A stretch of DNA of 64,000 nt from assembly GCA_964016885.1 (NCBI GenBank), contig OZ024740.1:83948001-84012000 (forward strand), in the 5' to 3' direction. A program made the translations under genes and the position numbers. A model generated the notes under the pieces. The model made no database searches and was not told where the DNA came from. It saw only the letters and a list, made by a program, of their open reading frames with translations. The DNA is from Eledone cirrhosa (Eukaryota). Of the stretch, positions 26,380 through 39,945 are shown in pieces; within the stretch, counting starts at the first letter, position 1, and every line of letters starts with the position of its first letter.

Positions 26380-26560
26380 AAGGGAGATACTTATACCAGA
26401 ATGGTTGACATTACCACAAACATTACTGGTCCCAAAGAACAAAGACACCCACCTAGCAAAAACACTACCGACCCTTTGCATGCCAGAACCTGATGTATAA
26501 GATGTATACAGCCTGCCTGAACCTATTCCTCCAAGATCATAACATCATCACAGAAGAAAA
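26380..26560 (+). pseudogene. R4/Dong-like non-LTR RT fragment
   Basis: IPEWLTLPQTLLVPKNKDTHLAK, frameshift, then YRPFACQNLMYKMYTACLN. Confidence 0.65.
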
Positions 26561-26850
26561 GTAACTCAAAACATATACATCGACACATACAATAACATCC
26601 ATATCTACACATGCAGACATGCATACATATCTACCTAGTTGATGTTGTGTAAATTCCAATGAGAGAGTCTTGTATCTATGTTAGAAACCGACTCTCTCTC
26701 TATTGGCAAAAATTTGTGAAATTATACAACCAGAAGAACGTACATACATACATGTTGAAATATGTTGAAAGATACTGGATAAAGCATTCCTTTGTTTGGT
26801 TTTATTTTTCATCTTTTGCCCTATCTCACAATGCTTCGTATTAACTATAC

Positions 26851-27235
<385 letters not shown>

Positions 27236-27239
27236 TCAT

Positions 27240-28940
27240 AATATAACAGATTAAAGTTTAAGCAAAAAATCGCTGCTTTCACTCTTAACGGGATCTTCTG
27301 AAACTAACAAAGTCAATCTGTAAACGCAGAAGTGGATATTTCAAAAAACGTTGCAACCGGAGGAAGACAGGAAGACGATACTTTGGTTCGTGGAAACGTT
27401 CCCTAGCAAAGAACGGGAAAAAACGAATATAATACGTCATTAATAGGGGCGGTGAAAAACAATTACACGCAAAGACAGAACCACGTTTATGGTATAAAAG
27501 AAGTCGTAGACTAATGTTCTCTTAGGTGGTTCATAGAGACGTTCTCTGGCAATGAACGGAAAAAACGAAGATAATACGTCATATGTTGAACGTGGAGAAC
27601 AATTGCACGCAAAGACAAAACCATGTAAATGGTATAGCTGAAGTCGTAGACTAAAATTCTAACTATGAAACCGAATGATTCTCCGCTACAGAGTTAAGAA
27701 TAAAGTAAATAAAATACAATACAGAGGTAATTGAAATTAAATAAATGCATACACGCATCCAAATACGTATATACACAAGCATACGCGAAAACACTCGCCA
27801 TAGGTATACAAAACCACGCACATATAAATATGTGTGTCTGTGAGTGCGTGTATACAAATAAATAAGTAATTAAATAAACGTATATAAATAAATAAATACG
27901 TATATAAATAAATAAATACGTATATAACAAGCGCACACACATACCTACATGTAAATACACAAATGTTCGGAGACGTACGTCAACCAAAACATGAAGTACA
28001 CATATACACACACCCAACATACGTACGAACCCGCATACACACACAGACGCAAAACTACCGTATACACATAACTAAAAGACGAGAAAGTATACGTACCTTC
28101 ACAAAACATACAGGTAATATATACTTACCTATGAAAATAAGTAATGGTATAAACATAACATATACCTAGCTACCACATCAAGACGTAAAATATCCACGTA
28201 TAGATCGTACTATCCGTTAGGGTATAATGTGGGGCTGTAATACAGGAAAGTTTTGTGCAATTTATGTTTACAAGCCGAAATTGCCTCAGATTGTTTGTTA
28301 AAGATGTGGTCTGTGGCGTAGAGTATTTCCAGGGCCTCAGCGGCGCAGAGGTCACATGGTCTTTTATTTCCGTTATACGATATAGCCCTAGCTAGGATCT
28401 CCTAGTGTAACTTATATTGGGTGTGGTTGTCTTTTAGACTCCAGATATAAGCTGAAAGTGACGTCATATTCCTTCTTAGAGGGTAATGAAAAGAATGGGT
28501 ATGCATGTAAAGACGCTGCTTTAATCTATTGGCGGTTAACCCTATGTAGGCCCTACGGGACGTGGCAGTTTCAACCTTATATTTGTAGACAATGTTACTA
28601 GAGGGGGCAATCAACCCGATTCCTACAATTACAGTTAGTACTAACTACAGGGTTGCACCTGTTCCTACGGCTAGGTAGTTTAGCTAAATTTTAAGCTGTG
28701 ATGTTATGTGCAAGGTTAGGAGTCGTAGAGTAAGACATTTTAATAGTACTTCTATTAAAAATGTTACTATATTTATGTGTAGGGGGAAAATGCTTCGTAA
28801 TAAGGGATAGAAAGATCTTAGCTAATGGTGTGGCCACCTCCATATTATATGGGGCGTTATATCATATAATGCGACGGGATCTAGTTCTTCTAGGTCTATT
28901 CTCGTACTCTGTATATGCTACCTTATCGACAAATCCACTC
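27240..28940 (-). mobile_element. Truncated copy of the 60644-63385 PLE (linker, GIY-YIG and 3' region)
   Basis: IVYKYKVETATSRRAYIGLTANRLKQR; colinear with ~60650-62399. Confidence 0.9.
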
Positions 28941-29150
28941 CGGAAAATGTTCAAGAACCCGACGGCAGAGCTCAAGCCGTTTTAACGGCTATTTCTAGCC
29001 GGCTATTTGGTCCAGAAATAGCCGCCGAAACGGCTTGAGCTCTGCCGTCGGGGTCTTGAACATTTTCCTATTACCCACTCTACTACCCTAAGTATTGAGT
29101 ACTCTGGTACGTTATGGTCCATCTGGCTCCTCACCTCACTTCCCTCGTTT
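28941..29150. repeat. GC-rich fold-back of a recurrent PLE-type 3' end (S family)
   Basis: About 55-bp arms (28942-28998 and 29014-29068). Relatives at 19485-19530, 30070-30120, 38660-38745 and 55556-55779. Confidence 0.75.
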
Positions 29151-29151
29151 T

Positions 29152-29185
<34 letters not shown>

Positions 29186-29220
29186 TTAATCAACATAACA
29201 TCGGATGCCACAGCATATTT

Positions 29221-29307
29221 ACGTTTGATGATCAGATCGATACTCGTGTTAAGTCAATAATATCGATCAAATCCTCGAGTCTATCGTCTGCGAAACTTAT
29301 GAAACGT
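29221..29307 (+). ncRNA. Highly degenerate hammerhead-like relic
   Basis: ACGT-TTGATGA-tCAGA...TCTGc-GAAA-CTTATG-AA-ACGT with AATAAA downstream; the cleavage-site U is lost. Confidence 0.35.
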
Positions 29308-29448
29308 TCTATATCCAATAAATAGGTTTTAAAATGAATCTTCGTTATCTCATACATGATAGATATACACACAGACACCACAGCAACAAACTCCCCTTGG
29401 AATCATTCTGTTCAAATAATATCATTACTAAATCAACTAGACTATACG

Positions 29449-29567
<119 letters not shown>

Positions 29568-29907
29568 CATTAAATTCCTCGTTCTCCTTAAACCTCCGGC
29601 TTAAATAGCATCGTCAAGTTTAGGTGTGAGATTCAAAATCCTGCAAAAAGAAAACCCCAGTAATGACTTCAAAAGTAATAATATTTATACGTTTTAAAAA
29701 GCAATGCCAAAGGCAATTTCAAGAGATTAAACAACTTTACCTTCGGGATATTCCTATATCACATTTACAGTGTCGTTCTAGCAATATAAATGTCTTCCTA
29801 CTCTGTGTTACCGAATAATTACATTTAAAATGGCATACAAATGTGGATATATGTTTCCGTGTGTATGTGTATTTTTTAGTGTGCGTGAGAGTATGTGCGC
29901 GTGTGTT

Positions 29908-30019
<112 letters not shown>

Positions 30020-31530
30020 CACACATATATATACATACATTTATTTATCTATTTATATATATGTTCGAATGTAGCTGTCGAAACAGCCGGAGATCAGCCG
30101 CCGGGTTCCTGAATCTTTTCATATATTTATACATGTGTGGATGTGTGGGTGGGTGTGTGTATGTGTGTGTACGTGTGTTTTGGGGTATGTTTATATAATG
30201 TTTGAGGATCTAGAAACCCAAAGGTAAGACTTAATGTCTCAACTGGATTTACTCGGGTATTTTCAATAGAATGCATAATTTTATTTCTATATTGCTTGGC
30301 AATTCAGTATACAACTAAGATGTCATATGATGGATAGTTATGTGGAATTTGGTAGTTATGTTTCAGCCAAATATTGGTTGCTAATCCACTCATGTATGGA
30401 GCTTAAAAGAGATAACGACTTGATTATGGAGTTGGCGATGGTCATTCGGAATAGTTGGTGGAATGTGACCGTGATATGCTTAGAGAGTAGTGTTTGTTGG
30501 GACAGTGGAGAGAATGAAGAGGGAAAAGTAGAATGTATAGAAGTTAGATGTACACGCACACACACCACACAAACGGTATTTGAGGACTGATTTAGGGTTT
30601 CAAAAAAAACGCTTCTATAATAACAGAAAGAAACTGTATTGTTATAAAAATAACATAAACATAAAGGTAAATTATCAATTTAATAATTTCTTTCAATAAA
30701 ACCACTATAAGCATCAATAACTGCCTGTACACGGGCTCGAAATCGTTTGCAAGCTCGGATTAAGTGGTCCTTGTTCCTATCGGACATGACTCGAATTATG
30801 GCGGCTTTCAAAGAATCTTTGGTGCTATGGAGGTGATCATTGACATTTTTCTCAACGATGCTCCATACATAGTCCAGTGGATTGAGACCTGGAGAATTAG
30901 GAGCCTAAATGTTGGGGTTGATGTGATCATGCAAATTGTCCGCCTCCATTCTTGTGTCATTTGAGCCTTGTGTGATGATGCAGAATCTTGTTGAAAGACA
31001 TAAGGCCTTCCATTGCATACACTGTTGATCCAAAGCTTAACAACTTGTTCCAGAACCTCGATATACGCAGCAGCATTCATCCTATGACCCTGTGGAAAAA
31101 AAGTGAGGAGGCATAACATGTCCTTCATTGCTAATAACACCCAAAACATGACACTTGCATGAAATTTTGTGTGCATTACTCTTGGAGCCAAACTTTTTTG
31201 CAATTGACCTCATTGATTTTCCTGGATTGTCATTAATGTTTTGCTTAACTTCCTGAATATATTCAGGTGTCCTGATACAATCAGAGCGTTTGGAATGATT
31301 TTTTAAGTGTTGATACAGGTAATACGCTTCCATCATCTTTCTCTAACTCACACCAAATCTTGTGGACAAAAGATCTTGTAACTTTCAGAAAACGAGAAAT
31401 TTCTAAATCACCATGCTTAGTCTTCAAAGCCACAATCACAACATGGCTTTTCATTTCATTAGTAAGCATAGTAATTTTCATTGTTATTTTCTGAAATGGA
31501 AGTTCAATAAAAATTAGTCTAATAAAATAA

Positions 31531-31715
31531 TTGTTTCTACTTTAGGCACAAGGCCAGCAATTATCCAGTTCATTACTGGTACTTTATTTTATCGACCCCG
31601 TAAGGATGAAAGGCAAAGTCAACCTCGGCGGGATTTGAACTCAGATCGTAAAGGGATGTAACTATGTTGGAAAGCATGGCGTCCGACCCTCTACCGATAC
31701 TGCCAATCCACCGCC
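31531..31715 (-). mobile_element. tRNA-derived SINE (octopus OK/Meta-domain-like)
   Basis: Minus strand A box TGGCAGTATCGG, B box GAGTTCAAATCC, core GACTTTGCCTTTCATCCTTACGGGGTCGATAAAATAAAGTACC. Confidence 0.85.
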
Positions 31716-31732
31716 TTAGTCAAATAAAATAA

Positions 31733-31837
31733 TTGTTTCTACTTTAGACACAAGGCCAGCAATTACTCAGTGCATTACTGGTACTTTATTTTATCGACTC
31801 CGTAAGGATGAAAGGCAAAGTCAACCTCGGCGGGATT
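31733..31837 (-). mobile_element. 5'-truncated copy of the same SINE, in tandem
   Basis: Same core; flanked by the same TTAGTCAAATARAATAAT target duplication. Confidence 0.85.
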
Positions 31838-31958
31838 TAGTCAAATAGAATAATGACTAAAAGTATATATGTCCTCAAATACCGTCTGCACGCTGTGTGT
31901 GTGTGTGTGTGTGTGTATTTTAGTCTTCACAATTATTATTATTATATATTATATATAT

Positions 31959-32006
<48 letters not shown>

Positions 32007-32143
32007 CTTTCACTCAACAACAAAGAATGAATAAAGAAAAACTATTTATTAATACATTTATACCAAAATTAAATATGTAATCACCCCCATTAGATTCACT
32101 CTCTCCCACACACATTCGCACACGCACACACACACACACACAC

Positions 32144-32257
<114 letters not shown>

Positions 32258-33438
32258 ACACACACACACCACAAAATAAGAGAAAAAATGTTTCATACAC
32301 ATATTTTCGAAAAATTCCTGATTGAAAGCCACCACTGATGCCTTACTCTGTTTTTTTTTAAATTTCCCGCCACAAAGGGACTTGTGACAGACATGCTGAA
32401 GCACACACCACTCCCGCCACACACACACACATGTGTGTATTTTTTTATATATTCACTCTCACATGTACACGCACTCACTAAAACAATATCCCTAAAATAT
32501 AATTTCTTTTATAACCCTACTTGCCAATCCCATAGAATTTGTCTCTAGCTTACAATTCCCTCCATCGCCCATCTGAACTCTTGACCAGTCAATCGAGATA
32601 CACGAACATATTTACAGAATATTTCCTTTGTCCCCAAAAACAATGTTGTTCTGTGAAGAAACACACCTACCACCACAGCTGCTGCTACTTTATGACAACA
32701 CCTCTCTATATACACAAGTGTTCATTTTCCAGTCTCTTTCTCTACAAGGGAGGTGTAAAAAACCTACCTCTTAATTCTAAATCTTTAATTTTAAGTTTCT
32801 TATTAATTCTTTTTAATTGTAATACTCTATATTTGATGAGATGAATTTCAATAATACATCGAAACCGGTAATACTTTATATACTTTATATACATTATAAA
32901 ACTCCTTTTAAAAAGAATTGTTCCTCTCATTTTTTCAATAATGTCACTTTGACGAGAGAAAAAAAAAAAGAAAAAAAAAAACAAAAAAAACAAAAGAAAA
33001 AAAAACAAAAAAAAAACAGACCCTAAAATATATTTTCCGTGCTATTTCCAACTTAACCAGAAGTGCCACGTGATTAATAAGAATGCAAGCCGGATTAGCT
33101 GTGGTAGACGACACTTTCGAATTCTATCAAGACGGGATGGAAAATAAGTAGAAGCAGCCATGTTTCACAAGGGTCTTCTATGCAAAGTCAAAGAAGACAC
33201 TCATAAAGGTAAATAACACATTTAGAGAGAGTTAATGAAGAGATCCATAGACAAAATAATATTTGCAGTGGAGGATTGGACGATAAATATAATGTAAATA
33301 TTGCATGTAAGATAAAAGTTAAATCTAGAAGGCGAAATAAAGAAAACTGATAGAACAGAATCGAGCAGAGAGAGAGAGGATAATACACACACACAAACAC
33401 ACGCACACACACACGCACACGGACACACGCACACACAC

Positions 33439-33474
<36 letters not shown>

Positions 33475-33820
33475 GCACACACGCACGCACACACACACAC
33501 ACACACAAACACCCACTCTTATTTATATGTATATGCATATATATAAATATTCAAATAAATACATGTATATATATATATATATGTTCACACACATGCATAC
33601 ACACAGGCGCGCATACATGGAAGCATACATTCATACATACACCCACACATACATACATACATACATACATACATACATACATACATACATACATAAACAT
33701 CTTGTTGAGTTAACCAACGCCGCACGTTAAACTCTCCACAGTACAGATTACTCGTAACCACTCCTTCGATAACCTTAAACGATACCTAGTTTACTCTGAT
33801 ATACATCTCTCTCTCTCCCC

Positions 33821-33863
<43 letters not shown>

Positions 33864-33864
<1 letters not shown>

Positions 33865-36330
33865 CGTTTCTGAATTTGTTTAGCAAGATTCTTTATCTGA
33901 AAACGTGTGTTAAAACCGATATTGTTATACTTGGGTGGGGGGGGGGGTCATGTTGCCAATAAGAAACACACGCACCACATGCTTTCACTTCAATTTATTA
34001 TAATAAATTTATAAATTTATGAATTTATAAATTTCCGGTTGGTTGGTTGGTTCCACAACCAGATGATTGTTTATATATTGTCATAGTTCTTTCGTCACAG
34101 ATTATTTGACCTCTTCAGTGACTGGGGATTCTTTTCTTTGTTTTTTGTGCCTCTCCTTTGTTCTGTCCTACGCCATGTTGTTTTTGTGTGTGTGTTGTGT
34201 GCTTAGTTTGCGCATATATTACATCCGGGTGTCTGTGTGTGTTTATATTCGTTTATTTATTTGTTTATTTACATGTTACTGGTTGGTTGTTTGTTCTATG
34301 CGCGCGTGTGTTTTCATTTTGTCCTTAATTGTAAGTTGTGATGTTGCTGTTCCACTCATGTTTTCTATTTAATTTTGGTTGGAGTTCATTTATGTTTATT
34401 GCCTCTGTGGTTTTCTAAACATTGCGTCTTTTCTGTGTGTAGATTCTATTTTTATTTCTATGTTCTCTAATTTACCCTTATGTTCTATTTTAGCATGTTG
34501 GTAGAGTACAGATGATTATTTACTATCTTGAAGGTCTCGCCAGTGTTCATTTATCCGTTCCCCTATATAACTACGAGCTGTCTCACCTATGTACACTATA
34601 TTTTTATCTCTACAATGTGTTTCAGTACATCCTATGCTATATACTACATTTCTAGTTGTACAGTTAATATGGGGGCTTAATTTACAGATTATACATTTCT
34701 TATCTATACAGGGAGGTCTTTGAAAAGGGTATGTATTGCTAATAAGTGTTTCTATGGAGGTACTTGGTCTTTCTACTATCTTAATATTGAGTTTATGTTT
34801 ATCTAGGGACCTTCTAAATGTGTAAGCTAATTCACCTCTAGGGGCTGTATCGATGAACATTACACTCTGGTATTTATTGCTATCATACCATGAGTTTATT
34901 CTATTAGCCTTATTCCTAGTTCTTTCTATTCTATTCCAAAATGTGCTCCTATACAAGGGGCAGGTCCCATTTGTGTCATTATTTACCATTTTTTCCCATT
35001 CGGTTCTGGATCCTCTATATACTCTGATTTTATCTCTCTGATTGTAACCAGAGAACTGCATACGTTGGATGAAGTGCTGTATGTGTCTCTCTAGTTCTTC
35101 GGGGTTGCACATGTGGGACACGTTTCTCATCACCCGTACCAAATCCGCAATCAGTATGTTGATTTTGGTATGGTCCGAAACAGCTGAGTTTCGATGGATC
35201 AGATATTTAGAAGTCATGGGTTTGGCATAATGGGAATGGAGGATTTGTTTTTTGTTATTAATGGTATCTAACCAGAGCTCTGTGTCTAGTACAGGTAATC
35301 GATGGTTGGGGTGTTTGCTTGGGGAGTATATAGTAACTCTAATACTCTGGTGGGTGGAGTTAGCTATTTGCTGGTGGCTTTCCATTGTGTTTTTCTCTAA
35401 TCCCTGACTGTTCTCTAGTGGGGGTGTTTTAACTACGATGTTTATATCATCAACGTAGCGGGAGTACATTATCATGGTTAAGAGGTCTTCTAATCGTTCT
35501 TTAAGTTAAAGTTTAAGTCTAAGTCTACTGTCCCACCATACCATGAATAGGTTAGCTATGTCGCCTGCGATGCTAACACCAATGGCTGCTCCCTCCTCTT
35601 GGGCATATGTTTTTCCATTAAATTTGAACATATGTTCCTTAAGGGTTAATTTTATGCTGGCCCTCACCGCATGTGCAATCATTTTCTTTAGTTCATCGTG
35701 GTTTTCGGGGGTCCGTATGGCTCTGGTCCACCCGTTCCATCTATCTGTGTGGGTTTTCTTGGCCATTGAGGTAATGGTAGGTGGTCTGCCTCTTGCTGGA
35801 CTTGTAGGGCACAGGTTGCTAAGGTCATATGTATCTAGATAATTATTACTATAGGTAAGTTTAAGTAGGAGTCCCAGCTCACTGGTATCAATCCCACGGA
35901 TTTCAATATTGCTCTCACTGATCATTTCTACGCATTTCTCCACAGCAAAATCCACGTCAATAGATGGATACAGGGACACAACAGCCATACTACCTATTAT
36001 GCAGTTTGTTAGGTCCCTAGATCGGTTACTCTCGCCGATTCTGCTGAGGAGGTCCTCCGTGCTGTCACATACATCTGGGGACATTTCAATGATGGGGCGT
36101 ATGATCAAGGAGAGGAAGTAGGACAGTCTGTAGTTACTAGCAATGTTAGCTCCACAGACTGGCCGTGTTGTGTCCCTGTATCCATCTATTGATGTGGATT
36201 TTGCTGTGGCGAAATTCGTAGAAATGATCAGTGAGAGCAATATTGAAATCCGTGGGATTGATACCAGTGAGCTGGGACTCCTACTTAAACTTACCTATAG
36301 TAATAATTATCTAGATACATATCTAGATAC
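33864..36330 (-). mobile_element. 5'-truncated PLE (same lineage as 17278-19445) with tail and a local 5' inversion at 36167-36322
   Basis: ORFs 35506-36240 (SLYPSIDV, EEGAAIGVSIAGDIANLFMVWWD) and 34516-35475 (RYVDDINI, VYIGETARS); HHR at 34080-34122. Confidence 0.9.
34080..34122 (-). ncRNA. Type I minimal hammerhead ribozyme
   Basis: Minus strand GTCA-CTGAAGA-G-GTCA(aataatctg)TGAC-GAAA-GAAC-TA-TGAC. Confidence 0.85.
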
Positions 36331-36331
36331 A

Positions 36332-37161
36332 CTCTTTCTTAGTATGTCTTTTAAGATAGATACATAGCTATGACGTCGCGCCCTTATAATATGTCTCTGT
36401 ATGTCTGGCTCTCTGCATTAGATACATAGCTATGACGTCGCACAACATTCCTCTCTTTTTCTTAGTCTGTCTTTTTAGATAGATACATAGCTATAATGTC
36501 GCGTCCTTATAATATGTCTCTGTATGTCTGGCTATCTGCATTAGATAAGGTTTTTCGAAATATTTACTTCTGCGTTCACAGACTGTTATTTTAATATATA
36601 TATATTCCTGTACAGATATTTTTGCACACACAAAAACAAAATATAAACAAACCTATTTATTTCACGAAAGCACAGACGGCTTATCGTCATTGTTACTGCC
36701 GATATGCACCCAAAACGTAACAGCCTGGCCGCAAGAAAATGTTACTAGAGCAAGAGAGTCTGAAGATGATCATGAACCTCGCCTTCAGCAGATGAGGATT
36801 CAAGCGAGAGCCATTCGATCAGCCCAGTCTCAAGAGCAGCGCCAGTCTCGCCTTCAGGAACTGAAGTCCCGTGCAGAAGGCAGGAAAGCAACACAGACAG
36901 AATAAGCCAGATTGGAGTAGGTGAGTTCACAAGCTGATTGCATCCACATTGTATTACAGAATCCGTGTGCCATACAGGTCCTTGCAAAACTGAGTCCAAT
37001 TTTTAACTATTCAAACCCAACATAAGAGCACGTTAACTGCCCCCTCCACCCTCGCCTACTTAAGAGGGAGTGCGGTATCTTTGTACTGGAGTGGAGGGGA
37101 GATTCCTGAAAAGATAAAATGCAGGTAAACCTAGCAGGCGCTAGCCGGACGGGCCATCTAG
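36332..37161 (+). mobile_element. Helitron-like non-autonomous fragment
   Basis: Tandem AGATACATAGCTATGACGTCGC units; charged repeat peptide RARESEDDHEPRLQQMRIQARAIRSAQSQEQRQSRL resembling RepHel N-termini; GC-rich hairpin CTAGC-aggc-GCTAG, then a CTAG|T end at 37158-37161. Confidence 0.6.
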
Positions 37162-37328
37162 TATATATATATATATATATATTGTTGAGTCACCAGGCTA
37201 AGGTGCAGATCGATAATGGAGTCGGCTCTACAACTTCCATGCGTTATCCTAAGCCAATCATCTGTCAATTGCGCGTATCAGCTCGACACACAATAAGAAA
37301 ACTGCATACATGTAAATGACAGTTTATC

Positions 37329-37415
<87 letters not shown>

Positions 37416-37452
37416 ATTAAATAAATGGAAACTATATTTATAAAACCATATT

Positions 37453-37518
37453 TATTTCATTATATATATTTCAGGGATAACATATTAACAATATGCTATG
37501 CCTTCCTCAGACAAAGTA
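37453..37518 (-). ncRNA. Type I hammerhead ribozyme (inverted copy)
   Basis: Reverse complement of 37701-37766 with one substitution. Confidence 0.8.
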
Positions 37519-37700
37519 CAATATAAACAGTTTTATAGATAAATAGATTCGACATACCGTAACAACATCTACTTGCATTTGAGAAGGTAGATTATATTTG
37601 ATTATAGATTATAGATTATATTAGATTATATTTAGATTATATGCAAGTAGATGTTGTTACGGTATGTCGAATCTATTTATCTATAAAACTGTTTATATTG

Positions 37701-37766
37701 TATTTTGTCTGAGGAAGGCATAGCATATTGTTAATATGTTATCCCTGAAATATATATAATGAAATA
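37701..37766 (+). ncRNA. Type I hammerhead ribozyme
   Basis: TATTTTGT-CTGAGGA-AGG(cATAGCATATTgttAATATGTTATc)CCT-GAAA-TATATA-TA-ATGAAATA. Confidence 0.85.
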
Positions 37767-37893
37767 AATATGGTTTTATAAATATAGTTTCCATTTATTT
37801 AATATTGTAAATATACTCCAAATATTTGTCGAGTGCTTTTATATCAGTTATAAATATTTACTAGTTGTAACACAACAATTTAAATATAACTTT

Positions 37894-38392
<499 letters not shown>

Positions 38393-38395
<3 letters not shown>

Positions 38396-38632
38396 AATAT
38401 AAATAGCGAGAATCGTATTTCAGCACAGGAATTAACGAAAATCAACGTCCGATATGTGTGGCAAGCGCTCGATGATTCATGTGAATCAGAGCTACAACAT
38501 ACGTTAAGGGCCAAACACACTGAGATGATGGTTAAACATATCATCCGCACAGCCAAAACAAACGACCAAGTAATTGGGGTCAAACAATAAAAATATATGT
38601 GTTGATACTTTCCCGGACCCTGGACTGATGGT
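38393..38632. repeat. Short dispersed repeat between (TA)n tracts (copy 2 of 3811-4035)
   Basis: Alignment by eye. Confidence 0.75.
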
Positions 38633-38792
38633 ATATATATATATATATATATAAATATATAACAAAGAAGGTCTGGTAAGATACCAGGTGGAGCATAACG
38701 AACCAGAGTACTCGATACTTAGGGTAGTAGAGTGGGTAATAGGAAAAGAGTGTGTGCGAGTATGTGTGTCTGTGTGTGCCTGTATCTTTTTC

Positions 38793-38934
<142 letters not shown>

Positions 38935-39118
38935 TGTGTGTGTGTGTTAGTATATGTGTGCGGATATGTTGTGTGCGTGTAACACTATCCACAGGTGTGA
39001 AAATGGAAAAATGGAAAATATTGTTCAATCGGGAAGAAATCAGTAATATTATATTATTTATTTATGATCGCACACGGAGTAAAAGTGCTACCTAAGGTTT
39101 CGAAGCCCAATATTGACC

Positions 39119-39184
<66 letters not shown>

Positions 39185-39191
<7 letters not shown>

Positions 39192-39655
39192 GGTATCCAC
39201 AGTAAGTTGTGAGCTCTATCCTGCATGAAGAGCTCGATGTAGTCCATATGTTGAAAATGTTGTAGGTTAAGATAAATCTCAGAAAACAATAAAACATTAA
39301 AAGGAAAGCAGAGTCATAATATAAGCTAAAACAATGAAATAAAAAAAATCAAGTCATTAGAGATATACTTCACTGCTTTACGATCGTTTCAAGATGATGA
39401 TAATACATTGTATCTATACCCAGTAATTGATCGATGTAAGGTTAGTTACAAACAATAAAAAAAATCATTGTAAGGTTAATTACTAGCTACCAAAAAAAAA
39501 TCAAAAAAGGTTTGTTATTGTTTTTGATAGTTTGTAACTATCCTTACATAGATCAATTACTGGGTATAGATACAATGTACTATCATCATCTTGAAACGAT
39601 CGTAAAGAGGTGAAGTATATCTCTAATAACTTGATATTTTATTTCATTGTTTTAA

Positions 39656-39660
<5 letters not shown>
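39185..39660. repeat. Fold-back insertion (arms ~39320-39465 and ~39517-39660)
   Basis: Inverted arms contain GAAA-CGATCG-TA (HHR 3' half); extension present only on the left arm. Confidence 0.7.
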
Positions 39661-39710
<50 letters not shown>

Positions 39711-39714
<4 letters not shown>

Positions 39715-39840
39715 AAAGAGATGAAATCGAAAATGCAACCGGAGTCTTATTTTTTCGATTTCATCTCTTTTTCTTTATACTTTCACTCGTGTAGGACACC
39801 TCGGTTATTTTTCGTTTTGTAAAAAAAACCTCACTTTCTA
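39711..39840. repeat. Mini fold-back (23-bp arms plus one-sided tail) in (TA)n
   Basis: AGAAAAAGAGATGAAATCGAAAA ... TTTTCGATTTCATCTCTTTTTCT. Confidence 0.75.
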
Positions 39841-39945
39841 ATATATATATATATATATTTCGTTTCTGAATTTGTTTAGCAAGATTCTTTATTGGCAACA
39901 TGACCCTCCCAAAGTATAACAATATATATATATATATATATATAT

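Larger units (their letters stand above)
30561..31897 (-). mobile_element. Decayed Tc1/mariner-superfamily DNA transposon with TIRs
   Basis: Transposase pieces (HTH-like LEISRFLKVTRSFVHKI; YIEVLEQVVKLW..YVFQQDSASSH). TIR core ACGGTATTTGAGGAC at 30573-30587 and inverted at 31871-31885. Confidence 0.85.

Noticed and set aside
39592-39606. Complete hammerhead around GAAACGATCGTA
   Set aside because: Only the 3' half is recognisable; no CTGANGA core was found upstream.
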